Position numbers and translations under genes: made by a program
Notes under the pieces: generated by a model
What the model was told of the DNA's origin: nothing
Databases searched by the model: none
Seen by the model: only the letters and a program-made list of their open reading frames with translations
Origin: an uncultured Candidatus Saccharibacteria bacterium
Lineage (GTDB): Bacteria; Patescibacteriota; WWE3; 2-01-FULL-39-13
Length of the DNA stretch: 64,000 bases
Direction of reading: 5' to 3'
Assembly: GCA_964370865.1 (NCBI GenBank)
Contig: CAYJKF010000003.1
Location: forward strand, 7,735-71,734
In this document: piece after piece, positions 51,018 to 60,656 of the stretch
How positions within the stretch are numbered: position 1 is the stretch's first letter
Layout: the number at the start of each line of letters is the position of its first letter

Positions 51018-52599
51018 TGTTTTTATTAATTAGCTCTTTCCTTATGCCTAAGTTACGACTAATTCTCAATAAAATTGATGATAAAAGGGCTTTATCAACA
51101 ACGACTCTAGCTAAACTGCGCCATGGATAGGATACCCTTATAAATCCAAAAAACATTCCAATATTAAAAATTATCCAGGATGAATTAGTAAGTACAGATG
51201 GTGTAATACCCTGTTTTATTAGTGCAAAAATTATGACAGATATTCCTAAAACCATATACATAATATGAGGAATAGCGAATTTTATAAAATTTCCGGTCTC
51301 CGCTTCTTTTGATGTAACATTAAATTTAGATTTAAAATTAAGTATTGTAGAAAGAACCGCTTTTATATAAATAAAAGACGAACTCATCGATAATTGTATG
51401 GCTCTAAATGTAATCGTGTTTTCAGTTGAGGCCATTAATAAATAGATTGTTGAAAATATAAATGGGAGGAAAAATATAATAAAACTTCCGAATTGGTCGG
51501 TTACTGGCGACACGCCTGTTAGTAAAACAATTATTGGTACTAAAATATCAATTAATACAATAAATCCGTTTAAATAGTAGCTTGAGGAATATATATATTG
51601 AATTTTCTGAAGTAGAGTTAAATTTTTTTTAAATATTGGATTATATTTAAAAATTAATTCGGAAGAACCACGAGCCCAGCGAAATTGTTGAATTACATAA
51701 TTTTGTAGATTATGTGGTGCTAAGCCCTCCGCAAGAATTTTTGAAATATAAACCGAATTCCATCCTTTCTCATGCATAAATAAAGAAGCTAAAAAGTCCT
51801 CTGCTATATTATTTTCAGGAACCCCTCCAATTTCTTCTATGGCTTTTCTTCTAACAACTGCATTTGTTCCACACCAAAAGGTTGAATTCATTTGACTTTT
51901 TCCTCTACAAATTGAGCCGAAAAACAACTCCTGTTGTTCCCAAGTTGCTGTTGTTAAAAATGAATCATGTCGATTCTGATAATACTGAGGTGCTTGGGCT
52001 AAAGCTAATTTTTCGTCATTAAAATAGGGCATAATCTCTTTTAGATAATTAGAGTAAGGAACATGGTCCGCATCGAAGATGGTTATAAAAGGTGCAGAAG
52101 TTTCTTTTAGTGCATTGTTTATATTTCCAGCCTTGGCTCCAATATTGTGCTTCCGAGAGATGGCTTTTGCTCCTAGTGCAATTGCCATTTTATTTATGTC
52201 TTTCCAGTTCTCAGCTTTTCTTCCTCTTCCATCATTTAGCACGTAAACATTAAAATTTGGATAATCCATTGCCAGTGCAGCAGTGACAGTCTTTTTAACT
52301 ATATCAGTTGGTTCACCACAAACAGTTATAAATACGTCAACGGGTGGAGTTTCGTTTGAGACTGGCGCTTCGGATTTTCTCTGATTCCAAATGGTAATTG
52401 CATATGCTAATGCTTGAAATACATGATAAATTTCACCAACCAGTAAAGGTATATAAAGCCATAAAACACCAGCATGTGAAAAATCAAACCACCAATAGAG
52501 ATATATAATTGATGCTAAAACATTTAATAAAATTAACCCCCTAGGAACGGTTACTGTGGCATCTATGATTTCATGAGGTTGTTTAAGGTTGAAAGTCAT
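51010..52599 (-). CDS. bcsA: Cellulose synthase-like GT2, no PilZ domain
   Basis: AKAGN, FDADH, PQ, FWCG, AED, QQFRW, FNVT.K. Confidence 0.85.
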   Translation of the reverse strand: MTFNLKQPHEIIDATVTVPRGLILLNVLASIIYLYWWFDFSHAGVLWLYIPLLVGEIYHVFQALAYAITIWNQRKSEAPVSNETPPVDVFITVCGEPTDIVKKTVTAALAMDYPNFNVYVLNDGRGRKAENWKDINKMAIALGAKAISRKHNIGAKAGNINNALKETSAPFITIFDADHVPYSNYLKEIMPYFNDEKLALAQAPQYYQNRHDSFLTTATWEQQELFFGSICRGKSQMNSTFWCGTNAVVRRKAIEEIGGVPENNIAEDFLASLFMHEKGWNSVYISKILAEGLAPHNLQNYVIQQFRWARGSSELIFKYNPIFKKNLTLLQKIQYIYSSSYYLNGFIVLIDILVPIIVLLTGVSPVTDQFGSFIIFFLPFIFSTIYLLMASTENTITFRAIQLSMSSSFIYIKAVLSTILNFKSKFNVTSKEAETGNFIKFAIPHIMYMVLGISVIIFALIKQGITPSVLTNSSWIIFNIGMFFGFIRVSYPWRSLARVVVDKALLSSILLRISRNLGIRKELINKNNV

Positions 52600-53834
52600 T
52601 CGATTTCATATAAATTGTTAAGTCGATTGCTGTATGCCGCCATTCCAAACCATACGAGATTTTGAGCATAATACCCAATATCCTCTTTAAAATCTTCGGT
52701 ATCAGGATTATAAAGTGGTGCAATTTTACTTACATATATTTCATCGGCAGTTTTTGGAGCGATAATTGCGAATGCTGGAAGTAAGATTCCGTATACACTA
52801 TTACTTTCACTATCGTTACCGATGCTACCATCATGATTATATTCACGTGATATCTTCTTCCGTTTCTGCCATTCTTCGTCTAAAAACTTTAATTTTTCTA
52901 AATACTCTTTTGCCCTAGGATCTTTATGCCACTGCCAATCCAATGCAACTCTATAAGGAACTCTTATTGCATCGTCTGAAAAATGAGTCGATTTATCTTC
53001 ATGAATTACACTGATTATTTTCCCGGTAATTGGATCTAAATTTACCCAATCTGGAGGTAAATTTACTGATTTTTCTAAATCTAAATTGCTTTCAGTCGAC
53101 TCAAAAAGTACCCCATACGCCGTATCTTTCAATTTATCCCAAGGATGTGTTGGATCAACTTCAGCAAATATTGGATAAGCAGCAAATGAGAAATAGGATG
53201 GGTTAATAGTAGGCTGTTTTTCTTCTTTCGCCCAATTACCCGCAACAAGATAGTAATTACCATTTAATTCATAAACTTCATTTTCCCAAATGTCGTTTAA
53301 AATTATCAGAGCTTCATCTAAATAATATTTATCATTCCATCGCTTGGAGGCAAAGATTAAGGCTAATGCTATATCCTGATCAGCATCTGAAGCGGTATTC
53401 ATACCTCCCTCGTTTACTAGGACATCCCATTTACCATCTGGATTTTGCCCCCATTTCCATGCAAATAAGTCATCCTCAGGTCTTTTTTGAAGATTATTAT
53501 TTGTCCATTTTAAAACCTTATCAAACACTTCTTTATCGTCAATCCAAACAGCTCGTAATAATGAATATGATTGACCCTCAGATGTGGTCAGGTAATTGAG
53601 TGATCTATCAATTGTTCGACCATCTTTCTGAATTTTGTCCTTATAAGCAACCCAAAGTTGCTCTAAAACCGCAACCGGATATGTTTTTATAAAAAGTGCC
53701 TCCTGGGTGTTTTGAGTTTTCAAAAATTCAAAGTTTGTACTTACGTAATTTTTACCATCCCGTTTTGTATACAATGCGACAAAAACTAGCACTAAAAAGG
53801 TAAATAGTATTGTTAATAGAAGACTCTTTTTCAT
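52596..53834 (-). CDS. GH8 endoglucanase (BcsZ-like), membrane anchored
   Basis: TSEGQSY, LFAWKW, ASDADQDIA, NPSY, DAIRVP.R. Confidence 0.9.
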   Translation of the reverse strand: MKKSLLLTILFTFLVLVFVALYTKRDGKNYVSTNFEFLKTQNTQEALFIKTYPVAVLEQLWVAYKDKIQKDGRTIDRSLNYLTTSEGQSYSLLRAVWIDDKEVFDKVLKWTNNNLQKRPEDDLFAWKWGQNPDGKWDVLVNEGGMNTASDADQDIALALIFASKRWNDKYYLDEALIILNDIWENEVYELNGNYYLVAGNWAKEEKQPTINPSYFSFAAYPIFAEVDPTHPWDKLKDTAYGVLFESTESNLDLEKSVNLPPDWVNLDPITGKIISVIHEDKSTHFSDDAIRVPYRVALDWQWHKDPRAKEYLEKLKFLDEEWQKRKKISREYNHDGSIGNDSESNSVYGILLPAFAIIAPKTADEIYVSKIAPLYNPDTEDFKEDIGYYAQNLVWFGMAAYSNRLNNLYEIE

Positions 53835-53938
53835 ATTATATTAAACTTATAGTCCTTACCAAAAAGGCAATAATTATATCGAAACGATACTTATTATATA
53901 GTGTTAATAGAATTTTGTAACCTATTTAGAAATTTACT

Positions 53939-54015
53939 TGGTCGGGGAGACAGGACTCGAACCTGTGACCTCTTCGTCCCAAACGAAGCGCGCTAGCCAA
54001 CTGCGCTACACCCCG
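53939..54015 (-). tRNA. tRNA-Pro(UGG)
   Basis: CGGGGTG...TTTGGGA loop...GGTTCGAGTCC...CCCCGACCA. Confidence 0.95.
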
Positions 54016-54027
54016 AAAATCTTGTAT

Positions 54028-54213
54028 CTACTTAATTGGCAATCCTATAGTTTTACCGACGTTCTTTAGTACGCCAACCACAATTGACAGGACGAGTTTA
54101 CAAAAATAGAAAAAAACCTTTAGAATTCGAGACAGAACAAATGCTGCATACTGTTCAGCCTGGTTTTTCTTAACATCCATATCATACTGGTTTTGTACGA
54201 AGTTGTCTTGCAT
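54028..54213 (-). CDS. Small hypothetical protein
   Basis: 61-aa ATG ORF filling the intergenic space, amphipathic helix. Confidence 0.45.
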   Translation of the reverse strand: MQDNFVQNQYDMDVKKNQAEQYAAFVLSRILKVFFYFCKLVLSIVVGVLKNVGKTIGLPIK

Positions 54214-54339
54214 TATGAAATTATACGTTAAATGTAGATTTTAAGCATCATATACGTTTATAATATATATGCGTTACAATAACAAAAACGGTCAGTTTGT
54301 ATGTTGTGTCTAGAAATACCCACAACTGGTGCCTTTTAT

Positions 54340-54425
54340 GCCGCGGTGGCGGAATGGTAGACGCGCTGGACTTAAAATCCAGTTCCTTCACCGGAGTGAG
54401 AGTTCGAGTCTCTCCCGCGGCACCA
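54340..54425 (+). tRNA. tRNA-Leu(UAA)
   Basis: GCCGCGG...CTTAAAA loop, long variable arm, CCA. Confidence 0.95.
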
Positions 54426-54437
54426 AGGCATGGATTT

Positions 54438-54514
54438 GCCTCTGTAGCTCAATTGGATAGAGCGTCGGTCTTCGGAACCGCAGGTTGGGGGTTCAAATCC
54501 TCTCGGAGGCACCA
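54438..54514 (+). tRNA. tRNA-Arg(UCG)
   Basis: GCCTCTG...CTTCGGA loop...GGAGGCACCA. Confidence 0.92.
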
Positions 54515-54531
54515 TAATATACATACCATCC

Positions 54532-54607
54532 GGGTGCATAGCTCAATTGGCAGAGCAACTGGCTCTTAACTAGTAGGTTGCAGGTTCAAGCCCTGCTGCA
54601 CCCACCA
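54532..54607 (+). tRNA. tRNA-Lys(CUU)
   Basis: GGGTGCA...CTCTTAA loop...TGCACCCACCA. Confidence 0.93.
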
Positions 54608-54651
54608 AATTTGCCAAAGATAAATTTTCTGAAACAGTATAATAGTAGATA

Positions 54652-55848
54652 ATGGTCGATTTAACTGCCGAGCAAAAAAAAATAACTGAAAAACTACTTG
54701 ATTGGATAGAAGTGCTTTCGGAAGAATCGGATGATGACTGGATTGAGCTCGATAAACAATTTATTACTGTCGGCGGTTATGCTGGTACAGGTAAAACTAC
54801 TCTTATTAGTCACTTTCGAAAAATTCTAAAAGAAAAGCATCCAAAAGTTAAAGTCGCTTTCTGTGCCTATACAGGAAAAGCAACAAGAGTCCTAAAAAAT
54901 AAACTAGAAGAAGCAGGGTCTATCTATTCAACAGATTCAATCTCAACAATCCACGGTCTTATTTATACTCCAATAGAAGATGATAGAGACCGAATTGTGG
55001 GTTGGGAAAGAAAACCAGAAATAAAAGAAGATTTAATAATAATTGATGAGGCTTCAATGGTAGACGAGAATATTTGGAACGACATCACTCAGTACCACAT
55101 TCCAATTATTGCTATTGGCGATCATGGCCAACTTCCACCTATAAATGGAAATTTTAATTTAATGGAAACTCCTCAATATAAATTAAATGAAATTCATAGA
55201 CAGGCTAAGGATAATCCAATCATAAAGTTATCAATCCACGCTAGAAATTTTGGACAGGTATTACCCAATGTATACTCTGACACGGTTCTAAAAGTTAAAA
55301 GAAGTGATGAAAACTCTGGTTATAAAATCGAAGAGGTTATGGAAAAATATGACCGAGATACTTTAGTTATATGTGGTTACAACCAAACTCGAATTAAACT
55401 CAATAAATATATCAGGCAAAAGCTGGGCTTTGAATCAGTCGAACCTATCCGCGGTGATAGAGTTATTTGTCTTAGAAACAATCATGAGGAAGGTATTTAT
55501 AATGGAATGTTTGGTGAAATCGTAAACATCGAGGATAAAGATGAACGAAGATATAAAGTTGAAATTAGGATAGACGACACAGGAGAAATTTATCTTGGAA
55601 ATATTCTAAAAGTCCAGTTTAATAATCCACAGTCCATGAATTTTACCGATCAGCGCGTTTTGACGTTGGATTCAGATTTGTTCGATTTCGGTTATGCTGT
55701 GACAGTTCATAAAAGTCAGGGAGGTCAAGCAAAACGCGTAATCTTCTTTGAAGAAAAAATGGGCAAAATGCAACCAGATACAAAGCGAAAATGGTTATAT
55801 ACCGCTATCACAAGAGCTCAAGAAGAACTCTATATTATTGAAAGTTAG
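54652..55848 (+). CDS. RecD/Dda-like SF1B helicase
   Basis: GYAGTGKT, AYTGKA, DEASM, GDHGQLPP, HRQ, TVHKSQG, YTAITRA. Confidence 0.9.
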   Translation: MVDLTAEQKKITEKLLDWIEVLSEESDDDWIELDKQFITVGGYAGTGKTTLISHFRKILKEKHPKVKVAFCAYTGKATRVLKNKLEEAGSIYSTDSISTIHGLIYTPIEDDRDRIVGWERKPEIKEDLIIIDEASMVDENIWNDITQYHIPIIAIGDHGQLPPINGNFNLMETPQYKLNEIHRQAKDNPIIKLSIHARNFGQVLPNVYSDTVLKVKRSDENSGYKIEEVMEKYDRDTLVICGYNQTRIKLNKYIRQKLGFESVEPIRGDRVICLRNNHEEGIYNGMFGEIVNIEDKDERRYKVEIRIDDTGEIYLGNILKVQFNNPQSMNFTDQRVLTLDSDLFDFGYAVTVHKSQGGQAKRVIFFEEKMGKMQPDTKRKWLYTAITRAQEELYIIES

Positions 55849-55868
55849 TTACGTGTTACCATTATTTA

Positions 55869-57278
55869 ATGCAACTTCAGCCTCTTAAAAGAGACGTACT
55901 TCCTGAACCACCAAAATCAGTATGGAAATTACTTGGTCCAAGTTTTATTTTACTAGGACTTGGTCTTGGAACCGGAGAATTAATTCTCTGGCCATTTCTT
56001 GTTTCTAACTGGGGACTTGGAATTATGTGGGGAGCTGTTCTTGGAATTACCATCCAATATTTCTTAAATATGGAAATTGAAAGATACACACTAGTGAATG
56101 GTGAAAGTATTTTTGTGGGATTTGCACGAATTTTTAGATTCTTACCGATGTGGTTTATTGGTTCAACGGTTATTGCTTGGTCTTGGCCAGCATTTTCATC
56201 TGCTTCCGCGGCAATATTTTCTCAGTTTGGAATTGTACATACCGAATATATTGCAGTAGGAATGTTAATTCTAGTTGGACTAATTCTAACCTTAGGGCCA
56301 GTTCTGTATAAGACTGTAGAGACTGTGGAAAAAGTTTTAATCTGTATTGCAATTCCACTTATCATAATCATTGCCGCGTTAGTTATAGATATATTTGATA
56401 TTAGGACTCTTTTACTTGGAATTCTGGGAGTAGGTGAAGGATATTATTTTGTTCCGCTAGATACTGATTCAGGAAAAGTCTTTCCTTACATGGCATTTTT
56501 AGCAGCATTTGCATATTCAGGAGCAGGAGGAAATCTTCTTTTAGCACAGTCCTTCTATATCAAAGAAAAAGGCTATGGAATGGGCAAGTACTCCGGAAAA
56601 ATAACTAGCCTGATCACGGGTAAAGCAGAAGAAATCCACCTAGAAGGCACAACTTATAATGTAACTGAAGATGAAAAAAGAAAATTTAAATCATGGTTTG
56701 CAATTGCTGGCAAAGAACACTTTATTGTTTTCTGGGGAATGGGTCTTTTAACCATGTTACTACTTGGAACTATTTCTTATGCATCAGTTTATGGAAATCC
56801 ATCTAATGCTGAAGGAATTAATTTTGTATTTAATCAAGCCAAAGCTATAAATGCAATGTCAGGTGGAATTTTAGGAACGCTATTACTAATCGTTACTTCA
56901 CTTATGCTTTTTTCGACACAACTTTCTGTAATAGATGGAGCAGGAAGAATTGTTGCCGAAAACGTAGCTCTCGTCGCTAGAGAAAAAATTGGACCAAAGA
57001 AAATGCCATATGTTTATTACGCAGCTATATGGATTATTTTAATTTTTGGAATGATGATGCTTTTAGTTGGTGTCAAAGAACCACAATTCTTGATTGTTAC
57101 TGGCGCTGTGATAAATGCTGTTTGTATGACAGTATTTGCAGGCCTATTAAATAGAACCAACTCACGTCTACTTCATCACAGCGCCCAAGCTAGTGATTTC
57201 AGAAAAGCTATAATTACAGCTATCTTTGTAATACTATTGGTTTTTACAAGCTTAGTCCTTGTTGATAGGATTTTTTAA
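55869..57278 (+). CDS. Nramp-like (APC superfamily) transporter
   Basis: LGPSFILLGLGLGTGELILWP, EIERYTLVNGE; many TMs. Confidence 0.75.
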   Translation: MQLQPLKRDVLPEPPKSVWKLLGPSFILLGLGLGTGELILWPFLVSNWGLGIMWGAVLGITIQYFLNMEIERYTLVNGESIFVGFARIFRFLPMWFIGSTVIAWSWPAFSSASAAIFSQFGIVHTEYIAVGMLILVGLILTLGPVLYKTVETVEKVLICIAIPLIIIIAALVIDIFDIRTLLLGILGVGEGYYFVPLDTDSGKVFPYMAFLAAFAYSGAGGNLLLAQSFYIKEKGYGMGKYSGKITSLITGKAEEIHLEGTTYNVTEDEKRKFKSWFAIAGKEHFIVFWGMGLLTMLLLGTISYASVYGNPSNAEGINFVFNQAKAINAMSGGILGTLLLIVTSLMLFSTQLSVIDGAGRIVAENVALVAREKIGPKKMPYVYYAAIWIILIFGMMMLLVGVKEPQFLIVTGAVINAVCMTVFAGLLNRTNSRLLHHSAQASDFRKAIITAIFVILLVFTSLVLVDRIF

Positions 57279-57357
57279 TAAATACGCAAGCTGGAAAATA
57301 ATATTAGCTGGTTTTTACTTCATGAGTAAAGTGCTAAAATTTCACTCAGCAAACTGA

Positions 57358-57432
57358 GCGGGTATCGTATAGTGGCTATTATACTTCCTTGCCAAGGAAG
57401 AGATACGGGTCCGATTCCCGTTACCCGCTCCA
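57358..57432 (+). tRNA. tRNA-Gly(GCC)
   Basis: GCGGGTA...TTGCCAA loop...TACCCGCTCCA; T-loop reads TCCGATT. Confidence 0.9.
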
Positions 57433-57558
57433 TACCGGACATATGTCCAGTTTTTTTATTTCTCCCCAATAAATCAATCCTTTCTTGAGTCCGAGCGAGA
57501 ATTTCTGGTAAAATTCGCCAGCCTGGAAATGTAAATACTGGCAAAGAGAATAGAACCT

Positions 57559-57717
57559 ATGGATGATAATCACATGTATATAACAAAAGAAGAACTTGAG
57601 GAATTTAAGCAACTTGCTTTTAAGGAATATGGGATTAAACTCACAGATGAGCAGGCTTACTAACAAGGAAGTGCTTTGTTGAGGTTGATGGATTGCGTGC
57701 TTGATAAGACTCTTTAA
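57559..57717 (+). pseudogene. Interrupted homologue of the small element protein at 30944
   Basis: MYITKEELEEFKQLAFKEYGIKLTDEQAY*QGSALLRLMD, in-frame TAA at 57661. Confidence 0.6.
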
Positions 57718-57763
57718 CAGAAAAAAAAAGACGCTGTTCGTAGGACTATTGATAAAAAATAAC

Positions 57764-58330
57764 ATGAATATTACTTGGGAAGAACTTCTATTGGAAACAT
57801 TACCTTTTCGTGAAGAGATCTTAGAGTGGTGTAAAACTCACCCCGAGTTTAAAAAAGGGCTAAAAGTTTTAGCCTCTGAAAGATTTCTCCATTTAGGAAC
57901 GGTGATGATTTCTTACCCTCCTGGAACAAATGACCAAGTCATTGGCGTGTATGCTTATGATTACAAGCACAATCCTCCGCTGTTTAAACAAGACTTTATC
58001 GTAGATGTAAATCAAGCTCACAAAGAATTTGTTCTTTACACAGGATTTCCAAAAGGCACTCAAAGCACTAAATATGTAAAACATATGAATGATTTTTTCT
58101 CTAAATACGGAAGAAACGGGAATTATGCTGGTTCACATCACTTAACATTTGATCAGTTGCCTGAAGATCCTGAGATAAGACGAAGAGCTGAAAGAATGAT
58201 CGAACGCGCAAAGGATTTGCCTGAGGATATTACCAATCCTCCACAACAAATGATGGTGGATTATTTATCAAAAATCAAAGAAGCCAAAAAAGATAAAAGG
58301 GCAGAGATTCGAAAGCTTAAAGAAAAATAA
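57764..58330 (+). CDS. Hypothetical protein
   Basis: ORF from ATG 57764, upstream of the TIR gene. Confidence 0.6.
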   Translation: MNITWEELLLETLPFREEILEWCKTHPEFKKGLKVLASERFLHLGTVMISYPPGTNDQVIGVYAYDYKHNPPLFKQDFIVDVNQAHKEFVLYTGFPKGTQSTKYVKHMNDFFSKYGRNGNYAGSHHLTFDQLPEDPEIRRRAERMIERAKDLPEDITNPPQQMMVDYLSKIKEAKKDKRAEIRKLKEK

Positions 58331-58391
58331 AGATAATCTACACCAAGCTGGTTTTCAAACTTACTAAGTTGTAAAATACAACCAATAAATT

Positions 58392-59255
58392 ATGGCAAAA
58401 CGAACTGTTATTGAAGCAACTTCCCCTCCAAAATTAGTAATGCCGCAAGAAAAGGTAAGGGAATTACTTAACAAGCAATTGGAAAAAGGTAGAGAACTTC
58501 AAAATGTTCAAATAAATAGTGAGCAGAGCTATGATTCTGCTGAAGCTTCTAAAGAGAAATGGAAAGACTTTACAGAAGAGATATTACAACGATCATTTGA
58601 CAATGATTCGATGAGAAAAGAATTCGCTTCTAGCTATGGAGCGATGAGAATGGCTTCAGATCTGTATGACATGATTTCGAATTACAAGAATGATATTGAT
58701 GCGAAAGTAAATAAATTAGATTCGATAATAGAGAGACTAGATCTAATTCCAGAATTGCTACCGACACTAGGTCCTAGTAATGAAAATCCACAACAAAGCA
58801 ATGACGTAAGTTCAAAAGAAGTGTTTATTGTTCATGGACATAATCATGAAATGAAAGTTCAAGTTGCACGTTTTATCGAAAGTGTCGGTTTAACTCCAAT
58901 CATACTTCATGAGCAACCCAATGGAGGCAAAACATTAATCGAGAAGCTTGAGCATCATTCAGCCGTTGGTTTTTGCGTTGTTCTTGTAACAGCAGATGAC
59001 ATGGGCTACGAGGTTGGGCATGAAAAGGATGCAAGACCAAGAGCTAGACAAAACGTGATCGCTGAACTGGGATTTTTTGTAGGGAAGCTTACTAGAAAAA
59101 ATGTTTCTGTACTTTATGCAGCTGGTGTTGAACTCCCTTCAGATTTTTTTGGCGTTGTTTATATCCCGATAGATAAGGACGAAGGGTGGAAATTGAAACT
59201 AGCTAAAGAAATTAAGAATGCTGGTATGCCAATAGATTTGAATCGTGCTCTGTAA
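58392..59255 (+). CDS. TIR-like (CAP12/PycTIR-type) domain protein with helical N-terminus
   Basis: VFIVHGH, PIILHEQPNGGKTLIEKLE, T.DD, RARQNVIAELG, LPSD..GVVY. Confidence 0.88.
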   Translation: MAKRTVIEATSPPKLVMPQEKVRELLNKQLEKGRELQNVQINSEQSYDSAEASKEKWKDFTEEILQRSFDNDSMRKEFASSYGAMRMASDLYDMISNYKNDIDAKVNKLDSIIERLDLIPELLPTLGPSNENPQQSNDVSSKEVFIVHGHNHEMKVQVARFIESVGLTPIILHEQPNGGKTLIEKLEHHSAVGFCVVLVTADDMGYEVGHEKDARPRARQNVIAELGFFVGKLTRKNVSVLYAAGVELPSDFFGVVYIPIDKDEGWKLKLAKEIKNAGMPIDLNRAL

Positions 59256-59423
59256 GATTCTTACTTTAACTCTAAAAAGCTTTTTATAGCGATGTGGTTC
59301 TTTAGTGCAGTGAGTTGTAGAATCAAATTAGGAGCACTCGACTTCCGTAGGTTCGAGCGAAGTTCGGTTACCAGCTCCAAAATTATTTGTGATATTAGTA
59401 CGAATGTTATATTCTAGTTCAGT

Positions 59424-60485
59424 ATGCTATTTGACTACCCAACTGTACTATCATTTGACGATGTCTTATTAGTACCACAACGAAGCAGAGTTAACTCCAG
59501 GTCAGAGGTAGATTTAACAACACACATTACTCCAGATTTTAAATTAGATATTCCGCTTATAACATCCAACATGTCGACCATTACAGGCATAGACATGGTT
59601 TTAGAAATGAATCGACTTGGAGGAATGTCAGTTCTACATCGATTCGAATCATTAGATGAACAAATTAAAAAAATAATTTTTCTAAAAAAGAATAATGCAA
59701 AATTTGCTGTTTCTTTAGGAATAAAGAGTGACGTTTTAGAAACCGCAAGAAAACTAGTGAATGCTGGTGCATACGTGATTAATATTGACGCTGCACATGG
59801 CCACTTAGAAAAAACTCTAAAAACAATAAAGATTCTCAGAGATGAATTTGGAAGCGATGTAATTATATGGGGAGGAATAGCAGCGACATATGAAGCTGCA
59901 AGAGATCTATATGCAGCAGGCTCAGATGTTGTAACAGTTGGAGTAGGTGGAGGATCAATCTGTACCACCAGAATTCAAACTGGATGCGGACTTCCGACTT
60001 TTACGTCGATAGTTGAGGCGGCAAGGGCCGCAAAAGAATACAATCGTACAGTTATTCCACTCGCTGGCATAGAAAATTCAGGCATGATTGTCAAAGCCCT
60101 TGCCGCCGGCGCATGCGCCATAATGGGAGGAAATCTCTTTGCCGGTACAGACGAATGCCCAACTCCAATCGTAGAAATTAATGGCAAAAAATTTAAACAA
60201 TATAATGGATCAACTTCACTTACGGAAAAATCAAACCATCAGCAAAGCGGTTTAAATAATGAGAAACACTACACTACGCATATCGAAGGAGTTGAAGGAT
60301 ATGTAAGTTATAAAGGACCAGTCTCCAACGTCGTTGAAAATATGTTAGCAGGAGTGAAATCCGGATTATCCTACAGTGGGGCTACTTCTATAAAAGAGTT
60401 ACAAGAAAAAGCCAAATTCGCTAAGGTCACTCCAGCGGTTCAGAAAGAAAATAACTTCCACGATATTGTTAGAAATATTACTTAA
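59424..60485 (+). CDS. IMP dehydrogenase/GMP reductase family, no CBS domain
   Basis: LSFDDVLLVP, IDAAHGH, GVGGGSICTTR, EGVEG, SGLSYSGA. Confidence 0.9.
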   Translation: MLFDYPTVLSFDDVLLVPQRSRVNSRSEVDLTTHITPDFKLDIPLITSNMSTITGIDMVLEMNRLGGMSVLHRFESLDEQIKKIIFLKKNNAKFAVSLGIKSDVLETARKLVNAGAYVINIDAAHGHLEKTLKTIKILRDEFGSDVIIWGGIAATYEAARDLYAAGSDVVTVGVGGGSICTTRIQTGCGLPTFTSIVEAARAAKEYNRTVIPLAGIENSGMIVKALAAGACAIMGGNLFAGTDECPTPIVEINGKKFKQYNGSTSLTEKSNHQQSGLNNEKHYTTHIEGVEGYVSYKGPVSNVVENMLAGVKSGLSYSGATSIKELQEKAKFAKVTPAVQKENNFHDIVRNIT

Positions 60486-60573
60486 AGGGTGCTAAAATTT
60501 CATTCAGTTTATATATCTTTGCGGAAATCGATTAAGCGTTAAACGCTGACGAATACCCAGAGTGTACCCATGA

Positions 60574-60648
60574 GCGGGTATCGTATAATGGCTATTATGT
60601 CACCCTTCCAAGGTGAAGACGCGAGTTCGACTCTCGCTACCCGCTCCA
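60574..60648 (+). tRNA. tRNA-Gly(UCC)
   Basis: GCGGGTA...CTTCCAA loop...GAGTTCGACTC...TACCCGCTCCA. Confidence 0.93.
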
Positions 60649-60656
60649 TAAAAAAA

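Larger units (their letters stand above)
57420..59379. mobile_element. Decayed 2-kb islet at tRNA-Gly 3' end
   Basis: GTTACCcGCTCCA (57420-57432) repeated as GTTACCaGCTCCA (59367-59379); contains pseudogene and TIR gene. Confidence 0.7.

Noticed and set aside
54297-54569. 90-aa ORF
   Set aside because: It is a translation across tRNA-Leu, tRNA-Arg and tRNA-Lys
58392-59255. Complete CBASS, Pycsar or Thoeris system
   Set aside because: No cyclase, STING, cNMP-binding domain or ThsA seen in the window
60570-60656. N-terminal extension of the 150-aa ORF
   Set aside because: Overlaps tRNA-Gly(UCC); ATG 60657 is the more plausible start
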